DNA of 64,000 bases from positions 224,001-288,000 of the forward strand of contig CAWFAD010000016.1 in the NCBI GenBank assembly GCA_963813815.1. Reading direction: 5' to 3'. Below, one piece after another: positions 19,549-29,179 of this stretch. The stretch is from an uncultured bacterium (GTDB lineage: Bacteria; Krumholzibacteriota; Krumholzibacteriia; Krumholzibacteriales; Krumholzibacteriaceae). The stretch's first letter is position 1, and every line of letters starts with the position of its first letter. Both the position numbers and the translations under genes were made by a program. The notes under the pieces were generated by a model. That model made no database searches. It was not told where the DNA came from and saw only the letters and a program-made list of their open reading frames with translations.

Positions 19549-21549
19549 ATGGGAGCCGTTTCCACATCCTGGGCGCTGGTCGACGTCGCCGTCCCCTGCC
19601 CGGTCGACAAGCTCTTTACCTACCGGGTTCCCGCGGAGCTCCGCGGGCGCATCCGCCCCGGCGCGCGCGTGCTCGTGCCTTTCGGACGGAGCCGCGCCAC
19701 CGGCTACGTCGTCTCCGCCGGCTCGGAGCCGCCCGCCGCGATGAGGCTCCGGGAGATTGCCGCGCTCGTGGACGAGGAGCCGCTCATCACCCCCGCCTTG
19801 CTCGATCTCGCCCGATGGATGGCCGGGTACTACGTGCATCCGCTCGGAGAGGCGCTGCGCGCCGTGCTGCCGGCGGGGGTGCGCGGCGCCGGCCGGATTC
19901 CGGCGGAGGACGAGGGGGAGCGCTCGTTCCCCGACGAGGCGGATCGCCCCCGGCTCACCGCCGATCAGGAGGCGGCGTTTGAGGCGCTTCGCGCCGCGCT
20001 CGACGCGGGGGGCGGCGCGCCCTTTCTGCTCCACGGCGTCACGGGGAGCGGCAAGACCGAGGTGTATCTCCGCGTCATCGAGGAGGCGCTCTCCCGCGGC
20101 AAGGGCGCGATCGTGCTCATACCGGAGATCGCCCTCATACCGCAGACGGTTTCGCGCTTCCGGCGGCGGTTCGGCGGCGCGGTCGCGGTGCTTCACTCGA
20201 GGGTCACCGGCCCGCAGCGGGCCGCCATCTGGCGCGCGGCCGCGCGCGGCGAGGTCCGGGTGGTCATCGGCGCCCGCTCGGCGGTTTTCGCCCCGGTCAT
20301 GGGGCTCGGCGTCATCGTCGTCGACGAGGAGCAGGATTCCTCGTTCAAACAGGAGGACAAACCCCGCTACCACGCGGTCGCGGCGGCGCGCTTCCGCGCG
20401 CAGCGCGAGGGCGCGGTGCTGCTCCTCGGCTCGGCCACGCCGTCGCTCGAGACGTACGCGGCGGCCCGCGGCGGGGAGATGGGGTACCTCGCGCTCCGCT
20501 CCCGCCCGGGGGGGCTCGAGATGCCGCGCGTCGAGATCGTCGACATGCGGGGCCGCAAAGAGATCTTTTCCGCCGAGCTCCTCGACGCCCTCGAGCGGTG
20601 TCTCGCCCGCCGCGAGCAGGCGCTCATCCTGCTCAACCGCAGGGGCCACGCGAACTTCGTCCAGTGCCGCGGCTGCGGCTGGATCGAGCACTGCCCGAAC
20701 TGCTCGATTCCGCTCACCTTTCACGGCCGCGGACAGAAGCTGCTGTGCCACTACTGCGGATTCCAGGCGGCCGTTCCCCCCGTGTGCCCCCGCTGCGGGG
20801 AGTACAAGATCGTGCACCGGGGCGTCGGCACGGAGCGGGTGGAGATGGAGCTCGCCAACCTCATACCCGGCGTCCGGGTGGCGCGCATGGATCTCGACAC
20901 GACCGCGGGCAAACGGGGGCACATCGCCGTCCTCGAGCGGTTCGCGAAGGGAGAGAGCGACGTGCTCGTCGGCACGCAGATGGTCGCGAAGGGGCATCAT
21001 TTTCCGTCCGTGACCCTCGTCGGGGTCGTCGCGGCGGACCGCGGCCTCCAGTTCCCCGACTTTCGGGCGGCGGAAAAGACCTTCCGCCTGCTCTTTCAGG
21101 CCGCGGGTCGCAGCGGCCGCGGCGAAGGCGGTGGGCTCGTGATCGTCCAGACGAGGGCGCCGGAGCATTACCTCTACGGGCATCTCGCCCGCCACGACTA
21201 CGACGGATTCGCCGCGAGGGAGATCGAGGCGCGCGGCCAGCTCGGCTACCCGCCCGCCGGGGACGTCATGCTGTTTACGGCGCAGTCGCGCTCCATGGAG
21301 CGCGCCGCCGAGGCGGCGGAAGGAGTGCGCGGCGCGCTCGCCGAATCGCTCGGCTCCTCCGCGACCGTGCTCGGTCCGACGAGCGCGCTCATCGAGCGTC
21401 TCAAGAAGGACTGGCGGTATCACGTCCTCGTGAGGGGGAGGCTCACCCCGGAGCTCCGGCGCGAGGCGGTGCGGGCCGCGCTCGAGCGGGTCGCGTCCGT
21501 GAAATCGGCCGTGCTCTCATGGGACGTCGACCCCGTCTCGTTCTCATAG
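19549..21549 (+). CDS. priA: Primosomal protein N' (replication restart helicase)
   Basis: GVTGSGKTEVY, LIPEIAL, GARSAVF, DEEQ, GSATPSLE, four CxxC motifs, GTQMVAKG, QAAGRSGR. Confidence 0.96.
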   Translation: MGAVSTSWALVDVAVPCPVDKLFTYRVPAELRGRIRPGARVLVPFGRSRATGYVVSAGSEPPAAMRLREIAALVDEEPLITPALLDLARWMAGYYVHPLGEALRAVLPAGVRGAGRIPAEDEGERSFPDEADRPRLTADQEAAFEALRAALDAGGGAPFLLHGVTGSGKTEVYLRVIEEALSRGKGAIVLIPEIALIPQTVSRFRRRFGGAVAVLHSRVTGPQRAAIWRAAARGEVRVVIGARSAVFAPVMGLGVIVVDEEQDSSFKQEDKPRYHAVAAARFRAQREGAVLLLGSATPSLETYAAARGGEMGYLALRSRPGGLEMPRVEIVDMRGRKEIFSAELLDALERCLARREQALILLNRRGHANFVQCRGCGWIEHCPNCSIPLTFHGRGQKLLCHYCGFQAAVPPVCPRCGEYKIVHRGVGTERVEMELANLIPGVRVARMDLDTTAGKRGHIAVLERFAKGESDVLVGTQMVAKGHHFPSVTLVGVVAADRGLQFPDFRAAEKTFRLLFQAAGRSGRGEGGGLVIVQTRAPEHYLYGHLARHDYDGFAAREIEARGQLGYPPAGDVMLFTAQSRSMERAAEAAEGVRGALAESLGSSATVLGPTSALIERLKKDWRYHVLVRGRLTPELRREAVRAALERVASVKSAVLSWDVDPVSFS

Positions 21550-21555
21550 TAATGC

Positions 21556-21584
21556 TTGACAGCGCCCCGCGCGGTTGATACCTT
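21556..21584 (+). promoter_or_regulatory. Putative sigma70 promoter of TPR lipoprotein gene
   Basis: TTGACA-17 nt-TACCTT with TGn extension. Confidence 0.6.
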
Positions 21585-21760
21585 TCGAACGAAGGACTGG
21601 AGAACCACCCCCGGCGGCCGGACGGAAACGGTCGCGCATCGCGTATTCAGGAGGAACCCCCCTGGCACATTCAGGTCGCATCGAAGATGCAGCTGGGTTT
21701 GCCGGAGCGCATAGAGCGTTTCGAAACTAACTGTTCCCCATGGAAGGAGGCGTCGGCCAG

Positions 21761-22810
21761 ATGACTAAGAGAAGCGGGATCGTCGCGATGCTCCTCGTAT
21801 CGCTGCTGGCGATATTTTCGTGCAAGAGCGTCGAGACGACGAGCGCGATGCTCCATAACGAGCACGGCAACTACGAGAAGGCGATCGAGATGTCGAAGCT
21901 GGCGATCGAGAAGAATCCGCTCGACGCGGAGGCTCATTTCCAGCTCGGCGTCGCGTACAGCTACACGCAGGATATGAAGGGTGCCTACAGCGAATTCATG
22001 AAGGCCGCCGAGCTCGATCCGAAGAAGATCGCCGACGTCGAAACCAACATCAAGTCGAACTGGGCCCGCCACTACAACCAGGGCCTCAGCGAGTTCCAAT
22101 CCGAAAATCTGGCCGGGGCCGCCCACGAGTTCGAGCTCACGACGCAGTCCGATCCCCGCCAGGTCAAGGGGTGGCTCAACCTCGCGATGGTGTACTACGC
22201 GCTGAGCGACAACGACAGCACGTATTTCGAACGCGCGTACGCGACGGTCGACACGCTGGTCGCGAGAACGACCGAGCAGGACGAGGATTACGCGAACATG
22301 CTCTCGCTGGCGGGCCGGGTCATGGTCACGCGCGGCGAGACGGAAAAGGCCGTGGCCATTTTTGAAAAGCTGCTCCTCGACGATCCAGCGAACTTCGAGG
22401 TGGTCGAGACGGTCGGCGGCGATTTCCTCGCCAAGCGGGATTGGGAGAAGAGCACGATCTTCCTCCAGATGGCGGTCGCGGCGCGGCAGAAGACGGACTC
22501 GGAGGATTTCGCCTCCTGGTACGACCTCGGTGTCGCGGCGTTCAACGCGAAGGATTGCCCGCGGGCGATCGAGGCTTACCAGAGGGCCCTCGAGCTCGAG
22601 GCCGATAACAAGGCGGGCAACTACAGCATGCTGCTGACGTATTACCAGTGCGAGCAGTACGACGACGCGATCCTTCAGGGTCAGACCTACACCGAAAAGT
22701 GGGGCGACGACCCGAACGGCTGGCGGATACTGAGCCTCTCCTACGCGAAGAAGGGGATGAAGCTCAAGGCAGAGGAAGCGGCGAAGAAATTCCAGGATTT
22801 TTCGCAGTAA
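21761..22810 (+). CDS. Tetratricopeptide-repeat lipoprotein
   Basis: Signal peptide ending in lipobox IFS-C; repeated TPR-like helices (AEAHFQLGVAY, WLNLAMVY, WYDLGVAAF); AAGGAGG RBS. Confidence 0.85.
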   Translation: MTKRSGIVAMLLVSLLAIFSCKSVETTSAMLHNEHGNYEKAIEMSKLAIEKNPLDAEAHFQLGVAYSYTQDMKGAYSEFMKAAELDPKKIADVETNIKSNWARHYNQGLSEFQSENLAGAAHEFELTTQSDPRQVKGWLNLAMVYYALSDNDSTYFERAYATVDTLVARTTEQDEDYANMLSLAGRVMVTRGETEKAVAIFEKLLLDDPANFEVVETVGGDFLAKRDWEKSTIFLQMAVAARQKTDSEDFASWYDLGVAAFNAKDCPRAIEAYQRALELEADNKAGNYSMLLTYYQCEQYDDAILQGQTYTEKWGDDPNGWRILSLSYAKKGMKLKAEEAAKKFQDFSQ

Positions 22811-22897
22811 CGGCGGAAATACGGGGGGCCGGGATTCCGCTCCCGGCCCCGTCCCGCTCATCGTCGCGCAAAATGGAACGGTTCTTGCGACACCGTC

Positions 22898-22926
22898 TTG
22901 ACAGGGGGGAGCCGGAGCTATAGATT
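22898..22926 (+). promoter_or_regulatory. Putative sigma70 promoter of rho
   Basis: TTGACA-17 nt-TAGATT. Confidence 0.6.
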
Positions 22927-23218
22927 AACAGCGGTTTCAGGACGCAGCGCTTCGAACGTCGCAGCTCAATTTTCTTCACGACAGCGCGAAACGGTTCGAC
23001 TCGAAACAGAGTCCAGCCAGCAATCAAGATCAATTGACCGGCCGATTTCGAGATAGTTGCCGGATTCGCGGTTTTGACCGGTGTAACTGAATGTAATTTT
23101 GCAGGGCCGCGGAGCGCCCCGCACGGGCGTTTCGCGCGGCCACCGACGGCCGTACGGCGTCCCCGCGGGCGCGGGGCTCGGCGCGATCGACGCGAACCAA
23201 AGGAGAGGTCTGATAGTC

Positions 23219-24466
23219 ATGGAAATCGCGGAACTGAAGTCGAAGCGGATCGAGGAGCTCATCGATATAGCCACGGGGCTCAACATCGAGGGCATCAGCA
23301 GCATGCGCAAGCAGGAGATCATCTTCCGGATCCTCGAGGCGCAGGCGCAGCAGAACGGGCTCATCATGGCCGAAGGCGTGCTGCAGGTGCTCCCCGAGGG
23401 GTACGGATTCCTCCGCTCGGCGAGCTACAACTACCTCCCTGGCCCCGACGACATCTACGTTTCGCCGTCCCAGATCAAGAAGTTCGACCTCCGGACCGGC
23501 GACACCGTTTCCGGCCAGGTGCGCGCCCCGAAGGAATCGGAGCGGTACTTCGCCCTCCTCAAGGTCGAAGCGGTGAACGCCGACAGCCCCGAGCATCTCA
23601 AGGCGAAGACCCTCTTCGACAACCTCACGCCGCTCTACCCGAACGAGCTCATCAATCTCGAACACGATCCCGACGATCTCTCCACCCGGCTCATGAATCT
23701 GCTCACGCCGATCGGCAAGGGGCAGCGCGGCCTCATCGTGTCGCCGCCCCGGGCGGGGAAAACCATCATCATGCAGAAAATAGCGAACTCGATCACGACC
23801 AACCACCCCGAGATCTATCTCATCGTGCTCCTCATCGACGAACGCCCCGAGGAAGTGACCGACATGGAGCGCTCGGTGAAGGGCGAAGTCATCAGCTCGA
23901 CCTTCGACGAGCCAGCCGACCGCCACGTGCAGGTCGCCGACATGGTGATCGAAAAGGCGAAGCGCCTGACCGAGCATGGACGCGACGTCGTCATCCTCCT
24001 CGACAGCCTCACGCGCCTCGCGCGCGCACACAACGCGGTCGTTCCGCACTCGGGCAAGATTCTCTCCGGCGGCGTCGATTCGAACGCCCTCCAGCGTCCG
24101 AAGAGATTCTTCGGCGCCGCGCGCAACACCGAGGAAGAGGGGAGCCTCACGATCATCGCGACGGCCCTCATCGAGACCGGGAGCCGGATGGACGAAGTGA
24201 TCTTCGAGGAGTTCAAGGGCACCGGCAACCTCGAGATCGTTCTCGACCGCCGGCTCGCCGACAAGCGCGTTTTCCCCGCCATCGACATTTTCCGCTCCGG
24301 GACGCGCAAGGAGGAGCTCCTCCTGCCGGATAAGGTGCTCAGCAAGGTCTACATCCTGCGCAAGTTCCTCAGCGACAAGAACGTCGTCGAGGCGATGGAG
24401 TTTCTCCTCGAAAAGATTTCTAAGACGAAGTCGAACCAGAAGTTCCTCCAGTCGATGAACGGCTAG
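23219..24466 (+). CDS. rho: Transcription termination factor Rho
   Basis: [60 protein letters not shown]. Confidence 0.98.
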   Translation: MEIAELKSKRIEELIDIATGLNIEGISSMRKQEIIFRILEAQAQQNGLIMAEGVLQVLPEGYGFLRSASYNYLPGPDDIYVSPSQIKKFDLRTGDTVSGQVRAPKESERYFALLKVEAVNADSPEHLKAKTLFDNLTPLYPNELINLEHDPDDLSTRLMNLLTPIGKGQRGLIVSPPRAGKTIIMQKIANSITTNHPEIYLIVLLIDERPEEVTDMERSVKGEVISSTFDEPADRHVQVADMVIEKAKRLTEHGRDVVILLDSLTRLARAHNAVVPHSGKILSGGVDSNALQRPKRFFGAARNTEEEGSLTIIATALIETGSRMDEVIFEEFKGTGNLEIVLDRRLADKRVFPAIDIFRSGTRKEELLLPDKVLSKVYILRKFLSDKNVVEAMEFLLEKISKTKSNQKFLQSMNG

Positions 24467-24654
24467 TCCGGGGCGCGGCCGGGCCGCGATGCCGCGGGAC
24501 CGTGGACGGGCCGGCGGCGCGGGGGGGCGCAAATTTTGGGTTTGTGTTTTCCGGCGCCGGTTATTACATTTAACCGCCTTGTATGATATACTGATACGAT
24601 ACGCCGGCCTGCGGGGCCGGCACAAATGAGCACATGGTTCGAGGAGCGTTCGCG

Positions 24655-24888
24655 ATGAAAAAGGAAATCCATCCCAACTACAAGAAGACCAAGATCACCT
24701 GCATCTGCGGCAACGTGATCGAGACCGCCTCGACGATGCAGGACATCCACGTGGAAGTCTGTTCCCGGTGCCACCCGTTCTTCACCGGCAAGCAGAAACT
24801 CATGGACACGGCCGGCCGCGTCGAGAGATTCCAGCGCAAGTACGGCGATTACCGCAAGAAGCAGAGCGACAAGGACGCCGGCAAGTAA
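24655..24888 (+). CDS. rpmE: 50S ribosomal protein L31 (zinc-binding form)
   Basis: [25 protein letters not shown]. Confidence 0.97.
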   Translation: MKKEIHPNYKKTKITCICGNVIETASTMQDIHVEVCSRCHPFFTGKQKLMDTAGRVERFQRKYGDYRKKQSDKDAGK

Positions 24889-24930
24889 CGCTCGCCGAGC
24901 CCGGTCCCCCTGCGCGCGTCCGGTGAACGA

Positions 24931-25827
24931 ATGTCCGACGCCCAAGAGAGAAAACGTCTACAGATCGGCGGGCAGGCCGTCATCGAGGGCGTCATGATGC
25001 GCTCTCCGACCCGCATCGCGACCGCGGTGCGCGGGCCCGAGGGCATCGTCGTCCGGGACGAGCCGTTCACGAGCCTCGTCAGGCGCCACCGGATGCTGAA
25101 CGTCCCGATCGTCCGCGGCGCCGTCGCCTTCGTGGAGACCTTCGTCGTCGCCATAAAGGCGCTCTCCTACTCGGCGGAGGCGGCCACGGCCGAGCCGGGC
25201 GCCTCGCGCGGGAAGGGGATCTCGACGCTCTCCATCGCCCTCACCATCGCGGCGGCGTTTCTCCTCGGCTTCGGCGTGTTCTTCTATCTGCCGCTCGTTC
25301 TCACCGAGCTCACCGGCCTGCGGGACGGCGTGCTCTTCAACCTCGTCGACGGCGTGATACGGCTCGCGTTTCTCGTTCTCTACATCGTTCTCATCACACG
25401 ATGGAAGGAGATGCGCCGCATATTCGAGTACCACGGCGCCGAGCACAAGACGATCGCTGCGTTCGAGGAGCACGGAGTCGCCACGGTCGAGAACACGCGC
25501 GTCTACCCGACGATGCACGCGCGATGCTCGACGAGCTTTCTGCTCCTCGTGGTGGTGGTGAGCGTGCTGGTCTTCATCACGCTCGGCCGGCCCGACACGA
25601 TCGGCGAGAAGCTGCTTCGATTCGCCTTCATCCCCGTGATCGGGGGAATTTCCTACGAGCTGCTCAAGTTCTCGGCGCGGCCGCGGGCCCGCCGGTACTT
25701 CGCTCCGCTCGTGTGGCCGGGGCTCGCGCTCCAGAGGCTCACCACGAAACAGCCCTCCGACGATCAGGTCGAGGTGGCGATCGCGGCGCTCAACGCGTGT
25801 CTCGTCGAGAAACCAGTGGCATCCTAG
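24931..25827 (+). CDS. DUF1385 (YqhQ-like) membrane protein
   Basis: IGGQAVIEGVMMR, FEYHGAEHKTI, RCSTSFL, LQRLTT; usual rpmE-prfA-prmC context. Confidence 0.9.
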   Translation: MSDAQERKRLQIGGQAVIEGVMMRSPTRIATAVRGPEGIVVRDEPFTSLVRRHRMLNVPIVRGAVAFVETFVVAIKALSYSAEAATAEPGASRGKGISTLSIALTIAAAFLLGFGVFFYLPLVLTELTGLRDGVLFNLVDGVIRLAFLVLYIVLITRWKEMRRIFEYHGAEHKTIAAFEEHGVATVENTRVYPTMHARCSTSFLLLVVVVSVLVFITLGRPDTIGEKLLRFAFIPVIGGISYELLKFSARPRARRYFAPLVWPGLALQRLTTKQPSDDQVEVAIAALNACLVEKPVAS

Positions 25828-25887
25828 GAATCCATCCGCTACAGTGTAACCCCGGCGGGGCGCGCGGCGCCCCCGAACGGAGTGTCG

Positions 25888-26984
25888 ATGGAGTCGAGCA
25901 GCCGTTACGAGAACGTGATCCGGCGCTTCGAGCAGCTCACCGACGAGCTCGCCAAGCCCGAGAACATCCGCAACCAGCACCTCTACCGCAAGATCGCGCG
26001 CGAGCGCAACGATCTCGAGAAGGCGGTCGTCGCGATCCGGCGCTTTCGCGGCCTCGAGGCGCGCCGGGACGAGGCCGCCGGCATCGTTCAGGCGGGGGGC
26101 GACCGCGAGCTCATGGAGCTCGCGCGCTCAGAGCTCGCCGAGGTCGAGCGGGAGCTCGAGGAGACGAGGGAGCAGGTCAAGGTGTTGCTCCTGCCGCGCG
26201 ACCCCGACGATTCGCGTAACACCGTCTTCGAGATACGCGCGGGGACGGGCGGGGACGAGGCGGCGCTCTTCGCGGCGGATCTCGCGCGCATGTACCGCCT
26301 CTTCTCGGAGCGGCACAGCTGGAAGGTGGAGCCCCTCGGCTCGAGCCCGACCGAAATCGGCGGGTACAAGGAAATCATATTTCTCGTGTCGGGGGAGAAC
26401 GCGTACGGCAAGCTCAAGTTCGAGAGCGGCGTGCACCGCGTCCAGCGCGTGCCGGTGACGGAGGCCGGCGGGCGGATTCACACGTCGGCGGTGTCGGTGG
26501 CGGTGCTTCCCGAGGCGGAGGAGGTCGACATCCAGCTCGATCCGAACGATCTGCGCATCGACGTGTTCCGGTCGCGGGGCCCCGGCGGCCAGTCGGTGAA
26601 CACGACCGATTCCGCCGTTCGCATCACCCACATTCCCTCCGGCATGGTCGTGCAGTGCCAGGACGAAAAGTCGCAGCACAAGAACAAGGCGAAGGCGATG
26701 AAGGTGCTGCTCGCGCGGCTGCTCGAGAGGGCCCGCACAGAGCAGGAGGCCAAGATCGCTCAGGCCCGTCGGAGCATGATCGGCTCGGGGATCGCAGCGA
26801 CAAGATCCGCACGTACAACTTTCCCCAGAGCCGCGTCACGGACCACCGGATCGGGCTTACCCTCTACAACCTCAAAGGCGTTCTCGACGGCGCGCTCGAC
26901 GAGATCGTCGACGCGCTCGCGCTCGCCAACCGCGAAGAGCTGCTCCGGCGAGAGATGGAATCGGCAGCGGGGCCCGGCGCTTGA
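25888..26984 (+). CDS. prfA: Peptide chain release factor 1, 1-nt frameshift at about 26787-26790
   Basis: [19 protein letters not shown] (PxT = RF1), GPGGQSVN; conserved [20 protein letters not shown] continues in another frame to TGA 26984. Confidence 0.93.
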
Positions 26985-26985
26985 A

Positions 26986-27876
26986 ATGCGGCGGACGGAA
27001 TCGGCCAAGAAGGTGACGGTACTCGAGGCGCTCCGGCTCGCCGAGGGATACCTCGGCGGGCGCGGCGTCGAGGACGCCCGGTTGAGCGCCGAGCATCTCC
27101 TGGCGCACCGGATGGGGTGCTCGCGGCTCGATCTCTACCTGCGGTTCGATCGCGAGGTGGAGGACGGCGCCCTCGCCGCGGTTCGCGGGGATCTCAAGCG
27201 CCGGGGAGAGCATTATCCGCTCCAGTACCTCGTCGGCGAGGTCGAGTTCGTGTCCCTTTCCTTCCGGGTTCGCGAGGGCGTTTTCATCCCGCGCCCCGAA
27301 ACGGAGCTCCTCGTCGAGCGGATCGAGGAGCTCGCCGGCGCCCGCGAGGCGGCGGTCATGTGCGAGCTCGGCGTCGGCGCGGGGGTCATCTCGGGCAGCC
27401 TCGCCGCGCGCCACCTGGGATGGCGCGGAGTGGCGTTCGACGTGTCGCCCGCCGCCCTGTCCTGCGCGCGGGAGAATCTCCGCTCGCTCGGAGCGGGCGA
27501 CCGGATCGATCTCTTCGCCGCCGATTCGTTCGACGCCGTCGGCGGCGCGTGGCGGTTCGACGTCCTCGCGTCGAATCCGCCGTACGTGAGAAGCGGCGAC
27601 ATCGACGCCCTCGCTCCGGAGGTCTCGCGCTGGGAATCGCGCCCGGCGCTCGACGGCGGCGCCGACGGCACGAGTTTCTATCCGGGGATCGCGGCCGCGG
27701 CGAAGCGGCTGCTGCGCCCCGGCGGGCTCGCGGCCGTCGAGATCGGCGACGGGCAGGGGAACGCGGTGGCCGCGATCTTCACGGCGGCGGGGCTCGAGCG
27801 CGTGTCGGTCGGCCGGGATTACAACAGGCTCGAACGAACGGTGACGGCGTTCGCGCCGGAGGGGGACGAACCCTGA
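26986..27876 (+). CDS. prmC: Release factor glutamine methyltransferase
   Basis: [39 protein letters not shown] 1 nt after the prfA stop. Confidence 0.93.
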   Translation: MRRTESAKKVTVLEALRLAEGYLGGRGVEDARLSAEHLLAHRMGCSRLDLYLRFDREVEDGALAAVRGDLKRRGEHYPLQYLVGEVEFVSLSFRVREGVFIPRPETELLVERIEELAGAREAAVMCELGVGAGVISGSLAARHLGWRGVAFDVSPAALSCARENLRSLGAGDRIDLFAADSFDAVGGAWRFDVLASNPPYVRSGDIDALAPEVSRWESRPALDGGADGTSFYPGIAAAAKRLLRPGGLAAVEIGDGQGNAVAAIFTAAGLERVSVGRDYNRLERTVTAFAPEGDEP

Positions 27877-29129
27877 TGGACAGCTTTCTCGTGACGGGAC
27901 CGTGCCGCCTCGAGGGGACGGTGGCGACGAGCGGCGCGAAGAACGCGATGCTCCCGCTCATGGCGGCCGCTCTTCTGACCGAGGGGACCTGCGTGCTCGA
28001 GAACGTGCCCGACCTTCGGGACACGCGCACGATGATGCAGCTCCTCGCGGGCCTCGGCGCGCGAACCGCGCTCGAGCGCGGCCGGCTCGAGATCGACGCC
28101 TCGCGCATCGATTCTTTCGAGGCGCCCTACGAGATCGTGCGGACGATGCGCGCGTCGATCTACGCCTTCGGCCCGCTGCTCGCCCGGTTCGGCACGGCGC
28201 GCGTTTCGATGCCGGGCGGGTGCGCGTGGGGGCCGCGGCCGGTCGATCTGCACCTGCGGGGGCTCGCCGCCCTCGGCGCGACCGTCGGAATCGAGCACGG
28301 CTACATCAACGCGACGGCCGGGCGGCTGCGCGGAGCCGAGGTGAACCTCGCGATCCCGAGCGTCGGCGCGACGGTGAACGTCATGATGGCCGCCGTCCTC
28401 GCCGAGGGGCGCACGGTGATCGAGGACGCCGCGCGGGAGCCCGAGATCGCCGAGCTCGCCCGCGCGCTGCGGGCGGGGGGAGCGCGGATCGAGGGGGAGG
28501 GGACCTCGCGCGTCACGATCGACGGCGTCGCCGCCATCGCGCCGTTCGCGCACCGCGTGATTCCGGACCGGATCGAGGCGGGGACCTTCGCGGCCGCCGC
28601 GGCGATCACGGGCGGGCGGGTCGAGATCACTGGCTGCGAGCCGGATCATCTCGGAGCCGTCGTCGAAAAGCTCCGCGAATGCGGCGCCGAGATCTCGTGC
28701 GGCTCCGGCCGGATGACGGTCGCGGGCCCCGGGCGCGTCCGGGCGGCGAACGTGGAAACGGGGTTCTACCCGTCCTTTCCGACGGACATGCAGGCGCAGA
28801 TCATGGCGGTGCTGTCGATCGCTGAGGGGACGAGCACGGTCGTCGACCGCGTCTACCCCGATCGATTCACGCACGTTCCCGAGCTCTGCCGGTTCGGGGC
28901 GAAGATCGCGCGGGACGGAAACGTCGCGGTCATCACGGGGGTTCCCCGGCTCGAGGGGGCGCCCGTCATGGCGACGGACATCCGCGCGAGCTCGGCACTC
29001 ATCCTCGCCGCCCTCGCGGCCGAGGGAGAGACGAAGATACTGCGCGTCTATCATATCGACCGGGGCTACGAGCGGATCGAGGAGAAGCTCGGACGCCTCG
29101 GCGCCAGAATCCGGCGGGTCAAGGGGTAG
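27876..29129 (+). CDS. murA: UDP-N-acetylglucosamine 1-carboxyvinyltransferase
   Basis: SGAKNA, MRASI, PGGCAWGPRPVDLH (catalytic Cys), PDRIEAGT, FPTDMQAQ, HIDRGYE. Confidence 0.97.
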   Translation: MDSFLVTGPCRLEGTVATSGAKNAMLPLMAAALLTEGTCVLENVPDLRDTRTMMQLLAGLGARTALERGRLEIDASRIDSFEAPYEIVRTMRASIYAFGPLLARFGTARVSMPGGCAWGPRPVDLHLRGLAALGATVGIEHGYINATAGRLRGAEVNLAIPSVGATVNVMMAAVLAEGRTVIEDAAREPEIAELARALRAGGARIEGEGTSRVTIDGVAAIAPFAHRVIPDRIEAGTFAAAAAITGGRVEITGCEPDHLGAVVEKLRECGAEISCGSGRMTVAGPGRVRAANVETGFYPSFPTDMQAQIMAVLSIAEGTSTVVDRVYPDRFTHVPELCRFGAKIARDGNVAVITGVPRLEGAPVMATDIRASSALILAALAAEGETKILRVYHIDRGYERIEEKLGRLGARIRRVKG

Positions 29130-29179
29130 CCCGGGGGTCCCGCTCCCCGCGGGACCGCTCGCGCTGCGCGGCGGCGGAC

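Noticed and set aside
21655..21706. Resemblance to SRP RNA (GAACCCC...TCAGGTC...GCAGC...TGCCGG)
   Set aside because: The conserved helix-8 core CAGGTCC-GGAA-GGAAGCAG with its GNRA loop is absent.
25882..27876. 664-aa RF1-PrmC fusion as a genuine protein
   Set aside because: The linker is off-frame RF1 sequence; the conserved RF1 C-terminus, stop codon and coupled prmC ATG are intact in the expected arrangement.
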